Below are positions 37,503 through 48,354 of a DNA stretch of 64,000 bases, one piece after another. The first letter of the stretch is position 1. Each line of letters starts with the position of its first letter. The DNA comes from Octopus sinensis. Lineage: Eukaryota. The position numbers were made by a program, and so were the translations under genes. Location: NCBI RefSeq assembly GCF_006345805.1, contig NC_042999.1, positions 83,204,001 to 83,268,000 of the forward strand, read 5' to 3'. Below the pieces are notes generated by a model that was not told the DNA's origin, did no database searches, and saw nothing but the letters and a program-made list of their open reading frames with translations.

Positions 37503-38365
37503 AAGGCAGCAACCTAGCAAGACCATTTGCACATCAGGCAAAATGCTTAATGGCGTTTCATCTGTCTTTACATTCTGAGTTCAAATTCTGCTGAGATCAT
37601 CGTTACCTTTCATTCTTTCGAGGTTAATAAAATAAGTACCAGCTAAGTACAGGGGTCAATGTAATTGACGAAAGCCCTTTCCTGAAATTTCAGGCCTTGT
37701 GCTCAAAGTCGAAAGGACTGTTATTTATCATCATCATCATTATTATTATTATTTGAGGTGAGGTGGCAAGCTGGCAGAATGGATAGCATTCTGGGCAAAA
37801 TGCTTAACGGCATTTCGTCCGTCTTGATATTCTCAGTTCAGATTCTGCCGAGGTTGGCTTTGCCTTTCATCCTTTCAGCGTTGTTATAAAAGAGGTACCA
37901 GTTGCACACTGGAGTTGATGTAATTGACTAACCTGCTTCCTTTGAAATCATTATTATTACCAACTAAGGCAGCAAGCTGGCAGAAACGTTGGCACGCCAG
38001 GGGAAACGCTTAACATTATTTCGTCTGCTGCTATGTTCTGAGTTCAAATTCCGTCGAGGTCAACTTTGCCTTTCATCCTTTCGGGGTCAATAAATTAAGT
38101 ACCAGTTACGCACTGGGGTCGATATTATCGACTTAATCCCTCTGTCTGTCCTTGTTTGTCCCCTCTGTGTTTAGCCCCTTGTGGGTAGTAAAGAAATAGG
38201 TTTTTCGCCCATTGCTACGTTCTAAGTTCAAATTCCGCTGAGATCGACTTTGCCTTTCATCCTTTTGGGGGTCGATTAAATAAGTACCAGTTACACACTG
38301 GGGTCGATGTAATTGACTTTAACCCCTTTCCCTAGCTGCCCCTGTTGCAAAAATTTGAAATCATC
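37503..38365 (+). mobile_element. Head-to-tail cluster of four SINE family A units, including a long-tail unit 37966-38200
   Basis: Four repeats of gagttcaaattc...tttgcctttcatcctt..ggggtc.ataaa.taagtaccag, separated by short (ATT/ATC)n tails. Confidence 0.87.
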
Positions 38366-38988
38366 ATCACCACTATACAGAAGCCGACCTAGTAAGTGGG
38401 TGGTGTTAACCTACTCAACCTACTATCTTTATCTATTGACTATTGGGTTCATCTATTGTCTTTCTCTGCCTCATTATCATTATTGCGATTTCTTTTCTCT
38501 TTTCCCTTTTTCTTTTACTCACCTCATCTGTTGCTTCATTTTCTCTCATTTATTCATGCATTATTTGACATACTTCTTACACTTTTTGCCTTCATTTGCA
38601 ATATTTTTCATTCCTTTGTATTTTGTTTCTTTCTCTCCTTCTCCCTTCGTTATTTTTTCTCTCTTTCTCCTAACATTCATTTGTTCATACATTTTTTCTT
38701 CCTTATTACTAGTTTTCCCATTCTTTCTTCCTCCTCCTCCTCCTCCAACTGTATTTGTGTTCAAAACCTCATTTTTCTCTTTCATCCTGTGACCAACATC
38801 CAATTAATGATGATACATGTGATGCTTCCAATATGCCAGTCTATGCATGATGTGTGCATATATGTGTATAGATGTGTATGAATATGTGTACGTGTGTGTG
38901 TAAATGAATGTTATGTTGTATTACTGTTTCTGTGTTTTCATCTTCATTACTTTCATGATATGTATATATGCATATTACCATTATACAG

Positions 38989-39063
38989 GGAATGTGTGGC
39001 CCTACAAGATCCATATTGCTCCTGGCTAGATGGCAAGTGTTCAGCTTTTACAAGTCAAGGAGA
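38989..39063 (+). CDS. Sema-1a: Semaphorin exon 14, PSI domain (phase 2 to 2): (K)ECVALQDPYCSWLDGKCSAFTSQG(E)
   Basis: atacag|G...GGAGA|gtaagt; ECVALQDPYC.W motif. Confidence 0.96.
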
Positions 39064-39329
39064 GTAAGTCATTTAAAATTATCTCTTTTTGTTTCTTTTC
39101 TTTTCTTTATAGCCAACTTCTTCTAGTTTATATGCTCTGTTCAGTTATTTCCATTGATATAGACATGCAGATCAATCGATAGATAAATAAATACTCTAAC
39201 ACACATACATTCACATACGATGAACACAATAGAATGGTGAATAGATATGAATCTAGATTGACAGATAGGGGACCATATATATATAGTCAATACATGGTGA
39301 AAGCTTATAAGCTTACTATTATATTTACG

Positions 39330-39346
39330 ATATATGCATACATGTA

Positions 39347-39388
<42 letters not shown>

Positions 39389-39663
39389 TGCATGTATACA
39401 TATATATATATATACACACATGCATGTTTACATATTGTGTATATGTATACACAATATGTGTGCATATATATGTGTTTGTGTATATGTATATTTTTAATAA
39501 ATGTATGTATGTATATATATATATATGTATGTTTTTTTGTGTATATGTATGTGTGTGTGTATATGTATGTGTGTGTATATATATATGTATATGTGCACAC
39601 ATACATGTATATACACATAAATGTGTGTGTGCATATATATATATAAATATATACATGTACATG

Positions 39664-39711
<48 letters not shown>
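39330..39711. repeat. Compound (TA)n/(TG)n microsatellite. Other long (TA)n tracts at ~1529-1590, 7985-8105, 14590-14632, 18526-18581, 19090-19150, 22340-22482, 45797-45962
   Basis: Directly visible; source of the YIYI/CVCV/HTHT pseudo-ORFs. Confidence 0.97.
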
Positions 39712-39712
<1 letters not shown>

Positions 39713-40586
39713 CTGGAAGATGTTGATGTACTATTTTACCTCTCTGACATTCTCACTGCTTGCAGTCATTCTGTCAACAAATAGATGAATAGAGGCACTT
39801 AGTTGGTGGTTTATGGAAGAATAAGACTGTGTTGAATTGCCAATTTTTCATTGGTCTGCTTACATTGGCAGCATAGGACTTGTGGACTATTGATGGGTTA
39901 GAATAGGGGTATTTATGTAGAAATAATCTGTCTACCTGCCAACAGTCATTGCAGTGCTATGCAGAGAAAATTACTGCTGTGTGATGTTTAAACAGGTGTC
40001 TTTAGCTAATGTTCTGTGCAGGTTATGATAGAAATATTAACTTGGTTAATATTTTAGATTTCTTGTTTAACATTTTTGAAAGAATGAATTAAAATGTTGA
40101 CATTTTGCTGTCAAGCATGGGTAGCATCTCTTAGAACCATTAGAGATATAGAATTGCATGTTTGACAATGCTACAGCTTATCTAGATGTTGGTGATGTTG
40201 TCACTATCCTTCAAACTCTGCTCATATTGGGAAGAAAGTCTGGTACTATCTCTGGGTTCTAAACTAGTTAGAGTGCTGTATCTATCTCCTTGTAAACATA
40301 CTTTTTGAGTGGCCAGTGCATTTCCCCTCAGTACCATCCAGTTGTTATCTTTGTTCTGTATATGATCGCCTTTGAGAGCCATTTCGTGTTATATGGTCAG
40401 AACATGGTATTTTTGAAATAGTATTTTAGTGGTTGTGGTGTGTTTTGTTTGTATGATTTGAATTATGGTTGGATACTTGAGAAGTGATACTGAAATGACC
40501 ATAGCTAACTTTAATGTTCTTATCAAAGAACTTATGATGAGTTAAAAGGAAAACGAAGAACATGTTTGTGTGTGTGTTAAACAAGA

Positions 40587-40906
40587 AATCTCTCGTGGAA
40601 GCGTCATCCAACCAAAATGCAAATATATGGGAAACTACCACCTGTGTCATCTATTGTGAAAGGTAGGAGAGTCCAGTTTGCTGGACATTGTTGTAGAGCT
40701 GAAAACGAGGCAATTTCTACTCTTCTCCTCTGGAAGCCATCTACTTGCGATGCCAGAGGGCGCACACTCTCCTACCTTGATGTAATCTCCAGGGATACAG
40801 GCATCCAGCAACAGGACCTCCGTAATGCTATGATGGACCGTGAAGTCTGGCGTAGCATGGTAAATTCCATTGTCTCGACCACGGTCGAACAATGATGATG
40901 ATGATG
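40587..40906 (+). mobile_element. 5'-truncated RTE-clade LINE 3' end with intact reading frame and (TGA)n tail
   Basis: NLSWKRHPTKMQIYGKLPPVSSIVKGRRVQFAGHCCR...LLLWKP...RGRTLSY.DVI.RDTG...AMMDREVWRSMV matches the RTE ORF C-terminus (RR+.+AGH..R, LLW.P, RGR, AM.DR..WR); inserted in (TG)n. Confidence 0.88.
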
Positions 40907-41097
40907 TGTGTTTTTGTGTGTGTGTGTGTGCATATGTGTGTTCAGTACATTTGAACTATCTGCATTTGTGTATGTGTGTAAAGTACATCTAAAATATCTA
41001 AATATTGTTTTTTGTTTTCCACACACTTCCATTTTCTTTGTCTCTTTGGCTCATTTTTAATTTATTTAATCCTTCACTTGTTTTTTTTTACCTCCAG

Positions 41098-41162
41098 AAT
41101 TTCTCAAATTCAGGACATCCGTTATGGCTTCCATGCACGATGTGAAGAAGAAGAAATAAATG
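41098..41162 (+). CDS. Sema-1a: Semaphorin exon 15, end of PSI (phase 2 to 1): (E)ISQIQDIRYGFHARCEEEEIN
   Basis: ctccag|A...AATG|gtgaga; Q.+..G....C ending of the PSI domain (compare recalled YQNVATGQHAAC of fly Sema-1a). Confidence 0.92.
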
Positions 41163-43315
41163 GTGAGAGATTAATCGAAATGGCATTGGTATTTACCTGA
41201 GAAAAGAGAAAAAATATCAAATATATTTCTTTCTCTTTTTCTCTTTCCCTTCCCCTGTCCCTCTCAACATTTCATTTAATTTCCTGCTGCTACATCCAAA
41301 AATTTTTTTTTATATTCCTTCAAGAATGCATAAATCTATTCACACATACACACACACATACACACACACATAACTGTAACACAAAGTTTTTGAAACCCAG
41401 TTTTGACTCTTTTTCTTACTTCTCTATAAATGCTTTTTGTAAAAAGCATCAATATCACGTAATCTGAAAGCATCTTTTTCCCATGTACACTCCATTGTCT
41501 TGGCGCCACTGAAAATATACATATAAGCATGAGCGGAGTTGTGTGACTTCTGAACATTTTCTCACATCATGTGGTTTCTTGTTCAATCCTCCAATGAAGC
41601 ACATTGGGCGTATATCTTTTTGCACAGCCTCATGTCAACCCAAACCTTGTGAGTGAAATTTGGTAGCCAGAAACTGTACAGAAGCCTGTCTAAATGAAAG
41701 ACTATACATATTCTTGGATGGTACATGTAATCTACTTCCCATCATCATCGTCATCATTTAACATCCGCTTTCCATGCTAGCATGGGTTAGATGGTTTGAC
41801 TGGAACTGGTAAGCTGGAGAGCTGCACCAAGTTCCAGTCTGATTTGGCATGGTTTCTACAGCTGGATGTTCAAGGACTCTAATGGAGTCCACTCTATTAC
41901 AAGCATTTGGGATGGAGCTCCTTTATCTCTCGGTTAGATGTACACTCACATACCCAGGTATACTGGCTAAATCTGCTAGCATGGGTTGGACGATTTGACT
42001 GAGGACTAGCGAACCAGATGGCTGCACCAGGCTCCAATCTTGATCTGGCAGAGTTTCTACAGCTGGATGCCCTTCCTAATGCCAACCACTCCGAGAGTGT
42101 AGTGGGTGCTTTTACATGCCACCAGCACGAGGGCCAGTCAGGCGGCACTGGCAATGCTCAAATGGTGTTTTTTACGTGCCACCTGCACAGGAGCCAGTCC
42201 AGCAGTACTGGCAACGACTTTATCCTAAACCTTATTCTTGGGTAACCTTCTTTATCAGAGTCTGGTCTCATGGATGTTCTCATATACATGCATAAACATG
42301 CACTCACACTCTTGTGCTTTCTGGAATGCATGTGTATCCCAGCATGCATGTGTACTCATCCTCCTAGAAATAGCTGCCAAATCACTCTCTACCACCTAAA
42401 ATAAAATATTAAAAATGGAAGGACATTTGAAAATGTAATTTTCAGTACTTGACAATAAGCTATGATGGTTATTGTCACAATACCTTTTAAAACTAGATGT
42501 ATCCAGTCAATATGAATGTGGTACTAGACAACAGCAAGCATGTGTGTGCACACGCACTTGCACATGCACACATATACACACATACTTATATTTGCTCAGT
42601 ATGTAGAACACAGTACGCTATTTACTAATGTTAGGGCAGCTATTCTCAAACCTAACTGAATTAGCAACACTCTCAAACACATCTCGAATACACACACACA
42701 CACACACACACACATATTCAAATCGGGCAAACCCTCACTATACAACTGGTATTTAAATCCTGTTTCTTCTTTAAATCGTCTCTTCTTTCTTCTATTAACA
42801 CTGCAGTCTACCACCTGGGAAGCCTCCCAAACAGTGAGTCTCCATCCGTTCTCTTTTTTATCAACTCCTTAGTTACTTATTATTATTATTATTATTACTA
42901 TTTATGTTCCCCATCAACCACTTTGAGTTTTGACTAGTTCTGTGTATTTATTATTATTATTATTATTATTTTTATTTTCACTTTGTTGTTCTTTTGTAGC
43001 TCCCATCTACCCCCCCAGTTCTTTCTTGCCTGTTTATATATGTCTTAGTTTAGATAATTTACCATTCTGATGCTTATTAGTTTGTAATTGTATTTTTCAG
43101 TTTTTTTTTTTGGTTCTTTTTTTTTTTTTGTTTTTGTTTTTGTTTTGCTGTATATTTCATTCTGTTGTCGTTGCTTCTTTTCTGTAAATTCGCTGTTTGT
43201 TATTTTCTGAATGGTTTCAGTCATTATATATACTTTCACATGATGGATGTCATACTACATCTAGCAATTAATGTCACTGTTCTGCTGTCTTTGGATTTCT
43301 TTTCTGTTACTTTTA

Positions 43316-43346
<31 letters not shown>

Positions 43347-43967
43347 TTTCCACCGCAAGCTCCAAGTAGAGCTAGTTATTTTTGGGTTTTTTTTTTTACT
43401 ATAGTGATCAAGGTAATTTCACTCTCCTTTCTGCTGCCTCCTACCACACCTTATTATCTGGCATCTAGATGTAAACATATAATTGTAGTAAATATTTGTG
43501 TGTTTGTATGTGAATAGTTGCATGGTAAGAGGCTGCCATTCCATTAGCAACAACCAATTCAAAAACAGTCTTGGACATAGACTCAGCTGGTCAACTATCT
43601 CTTTGGCTACTAGTAACATATCAACACCCACTCGCTCTCCCTCTACCTCCCCCCCCCACACACACACGTACATATCGTTTTAGTTGTTATTATACTTTTG
43701 TACAAAACTTCAAATGCGCTCAAAAGGTTTGTAGAATTTATGACAAGTCAATCAAACAAAACATTTCAGTATGAGAAAATAATCCTGTTCGTCAACACAC
43801 TCACACGCGTGCACACACACACACACACACATTGTGTGTGCATTTTTAGTCTATTTTTGAATACTACGATTTTTAATAACTTTTGTGCCACTTGTCGTTT
43901 AGCTTTTCAAACCGTTGTCAGTTTACTTTGACCCCATTGGTTTATGTGTACTATAATTAGAATTCCT

Positions 43968-44198
43968 ATTTCTTTACTACCCACAAGGGGCTAAACACAG
44001 AGAGGACAAACAAGGACAGACAAATGGATTAAGTCGATTATATCGACCCCAGTACGTAACTGGTACTTAATTTATCGACCCCGAAAGGATGAAAGGCAAA
44101 GTTGACCTCGGCGGAATTTGAACCCAGAACGTAACGACAGACAAAATACGGCTACGCATTTCGCCCGGCGTGCTAACGATTCTGCCAGCTCGCCACCT
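43968..44198 (-). mobile_element. Full-length long-tail SINE family A with 11-bp TSD
   Basis: TTAGAATTCCT at 43957-43967 and 44199-44209; intact CpG-rich head with A and B boxes. Confidence 0.92.
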
Positions 44199-45794
44199 TT
44201 AGAATTCCTGTGTTCAAAAATTATAATTTAGAAGTAGTTATGGGAACACATTTTTGAAATGGAAAAAAAAAATGAATAAATAATAATTAGGTGATTAAAT
44301 AAACAGGAGTGATATTGTTTCATAAAATTGTCCACCCCTGTAAAATCATGATTAGTGGTTAGACCATATAAAGCAATAAAAAAAATTGGCAAGTGCCAAA
44401 GGAAGAAAGCTACGTGGGTGGAGAGTGCTATTATGATTCTATTGATAAAAAAAAACACTTATGATTCTTTTTAGGAGCAGTTGATCTTGAAGCACATACA
44501 GCTATATATAGTAGCATATCAGTATTGTGTTGAAAAACCTTTTCGATAGAGAAAGTGACAAGTAGGACACCTGTTAAACCTACAGATGTGGGTTTGTGTC
44601 GCACCAGGCAGTTTTTGACATAATCAGTCCAAAAGCGATATGATATGTGCTTCAAGATTCACTGTTTCTAAAATAGAATTATCTCAAGTTATCTCAAAAG
44701 TTTATAAAATCCTCATGGCAACAACAAAATCAATAAAATCTGTGTTAATAAAGTTTTGAAATCAAGTAAGTCCTTGTGACATTAGTACAGGTGAATTGTG
44801 AGGTCTGAAAAATACTGGACAATCCTGGGTAGATCACCTTTGATCTTAGGTCTGTTGGATCAGTTTAATGTAAGGATGAACAATAAGAAATAGATAGAAC
44901 TATAGTTGGAAAGAGTAGGAGTGCATGGCTTAGTGGTTACAGTGTTGAACTCCTGGTTGTAAGATTGTGGTTTCCATTCCTGGACTGAGTGATGTGTTGT
45001 GCTGTTGAGCAAAACACTTCATTTCACATTGCTCCAGTCTGCCCAGCTAGCAAAAATTAGTAATCCTGCAGCAGACCAATGCCCCATCCAAGGAGGAATA
45101 AATACATCAGAGAAACCAGGAAATAGGCCCTCTGCCTCCTACAGAGTGATGTGGAGTTACCCCTAAATTTGGAAGGTGGGGGTTAGCTAATTAAAAATTG
45201 ACTTTTTACATCAGCACAAGGCTACAAGTTTTGGAGTCAAGAGCACTTGACTAGTGCTTTATTGACCAGGAATGATAAAAGGTAAAATTTACCTTTGCAG
45301 GATTTGAACTCAGACCATAAGGAATGTAAGCAAATACTACAAGGCATTTTGTCTGACACTCTAATGATTCTACCAGTGCACCACCCTCAGGTCATTAAAT
45401 ATTCATTTCAAATTTTGGCACAAGGCCAGCAATTTCGGGGGTGTTGGGTTAGTTGATTACATCAACTCCAATGTTCAAATGGTACTTAGTGTATCGATCC
45501 TGAAAGGGTGAAAGTCAAAGTCACCCTCAGTAATATGAACTCAGAATGTGTAGATAGACAAAGTGCCACTAAGCATTTTGCCCAGCATGCCCACAATTCT
45601 GCCAGCTTGCTGCCTTACAGATAATTAAATATTAATACTTATTAATTATTTTGATGGGGGTGTCTATATTTAATTCCCTCTATTCATATAATTTTTTTTT
45701 AATCCTCTTTCTCTCTTTTCCTTGATAATCTATTTTACCTCAGATCACTAATATTTATATATTTATGTCTCACTCTCTCTCTCGCTTCCTCTCC

Positions 45795-45849
<55 letters not shown>

Positions 45850-45914
45850 CACACATATACAACACTTAGGCACATTCATGCAGTAATGTTTGAGGGGAAA
45901 AACTATCATGCATA

Positions 45915-45966
<52 letters not shown>

Positions 45967-46227
45967 CATACGTGTCTGAGACATAAAACCTAAACAAGAT
46001 CTATAAATATAGTTTGACTTTACTATGAGTAGAAGTGATGGGTAAAATAAATTCCTTTGTATAATTTATTTCTTCTATAAAACTCATCAATCTTTTCTTT
46101 TTGACTTCAATATTTTGTGGGATATGTTTGTACAAGTCCACCCTTCACATATGTGTTTTCTTAACTGCTTTCATTTTTCTCTTCATAATTTTTCCTTACA
46201 CAAAGAAAGGTTGCAGTTAGTACTCTG

Positions 46228-46245
46228 TTTATTATTATTATTATA

Positions 46246-46276
<31 letters not shown>

Positions 46277-46333
46277 TATCATTATTATTATTATTATTAT
46301 TATCATTATTATTATTATTATTATTATTATTTT
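46228..46333. repeat. (TTA/TCA)n trinucleotide microsatellite; another (TTA)n at ~48305-48358
   Basis: Directly visible; produces the poly-Y pseudo-ORF 46115..46399. Confidence 0.95.
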
Positions 46334-47650
46334 ACTCTTGGTCTTTCTCTTTTCCTTGTTATATCTCCTCTTTTACTGCCTTTTCTTTTCTTTCAGTAAC
46401 AAATATCCTATAATTTTTCTTTTTTCTTCCTTATCCTTTTTGTTGTTCTTACCCACTGTCCTCCGCAATATTTTTTTTTTTTGCGTATGTGTATTTATAT
46501 CCTTGATTTAAAAACAAAAACAAAAAACAAATTTATGTTGTGTCTTTGTTGTTATGTTGATGATGTCAGAAACGGAGGTCAACTGATTTACTGTGTCCTT
46601 CTCAAAATGTTGGTCTGATGCCATTGTGAGAAATCATTATTTTCTTTGATGGTGATCACCATGATAATATTGATCATAATTAATGTTGTCATTATTATTG
46701 ATTAATTTTCACACTATTTTAGTGGGTGGAGAAATGAAAATTATGCAGTTTTCTATTTTTTCTACTATTTTCAGTCATTAAACTTATGGCCATGCTAGAA
46801 CACCACCTTCAAAGGTTTCAGTTAATTACTATATCAACCTTTAGTCCTTTGTAGACTAACATTATTTCACTGGCCTCAGGAGGGATGATAAGCAAAACTG
46901 ATATAGGCAGGATTTGAACTCTGTTCATAAAGGTACATGCCAAATAATACCTTCCTGTATTTTGTCCAAGGCCTAACCAACTGGGCCAATCTAGTGAATA
47001 CGTTGAAATTTATTTGAGATCAGTTGACTGAGCTGATGTCCTTATATCATAATGAGAATCATCATTTTAATGTCCACTTTTCCTGATTTGCATGAGTCAG
47101 ACATAATTTGTTAATTAGTGCTTAGATATTAGTTGAGACAGATTTTTCTATAACCAGATGCTCTTCCTGTTACTAACCCTCATCTGTTCCCAGACAAAGT
47201 AATATTTTCCCATGGCCAGACATTTTTTTTTATTGAAGATTGGAAACAAATGATGCTCATTTGCAACCATTACACTATACCAAGATGATGATGATGATGT
47301 ACATACACACACACACAATGACACATATGATGGGCTTCTTTCAGTTTCCATCTACCAAAACTACTCTCAAGACTTTGGTTGGCTCTGGGCCGTTTGCCTT
47401 TTTGAAGTTGACAAAATGAAGTACCAGTCACGTACTGGGCTTTATTTAATTGACAAACTTTGGTTTCTAATATTTCTGCCTTCTTGCCACAATTAGAAAG
47501 AATTATCATTATTTATTTGTTTATTATTGTTTTATTTCTCAGTGCACTCAATCTTGTTTGCTGTAGTAGGTTCTGTGAGCCAAAGTTTGAGACCAATGTT
47601 ATTATAATAAAGACATATTCAACCAAGGTCGATTTTGACTTTCATCCTTT

Positions 47651-47914
47651 ATATTTATGTATATGCGCCCTTTTTTAAAGCCTAGCCAGGCTCATGGGCC
47701 CAGTTTCCCGGTTTCTATGGTGTATGTGTTCCCCAGCTGGACAGGACACCAGTCCATCACTGCGTTACTCATTTTTGCCAGCTGAGTGAACTGGAGCAAC
47801 GTGAAATGAAGTGTTTTGCTCAAGAACACAACGCGTCGGCCAGTCCAGGAATCGAAACCACAATCTTACGATCATGGTGCTGACACCCTAACCACTAAGC
47901 CATGCGCCTCCACC
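47651..47914 (-). mobile_element. Full-length SINE family D inserted inside a family A core, 12-bp TSD
   Basis: CTTTCATCCTTT at 47639-47650 and 47915-47926; head ggcgcatggcttagtggttaggg...tcgattcc on the reverse strand. Confidence 0.88.
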
Positions 47915-48303
47915 CTTTCATCCTTTAGGAGTCAGTAAAATAAGTACCTATTGAATACTTGGGCCAATGTAATCAACTACCTGCACCCAACTCTCCTGCC
48001 AGACAAAAAAAAAAGAAAATTCAGGTCTTTTGCTTAGAGTAGAAAGGATTATTATAATAAGGACAGTAGATATTAGAATTCACAGGCAGGTAGTATTTCT
48101 AGTTTGGATTCTTCTGATTCTGAGTTCAAATTCTAACAGAATTGTCTTTGCACTTCCTTTGCTTTCTTTGCATTCTTCCAGGGGTGCAATAAAATTCATA
48201 CCAGGCAACCACTGCAGTTTGATTAATTAACTGTTCCACTCCTAAAATGTGTAGCCATTATCATATTCTATTTTACATCAATATCATCATCACCACTAAT
48301 TTT

Positions 48304-48354
<51 letters not shown>

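Noticed and set aside
40587-40906. RTE fragment as the partner LINE of SINE family B
   Set aside because: They share only a (GAT/TGA)n tail; the sequence before it and the hairpins differ.
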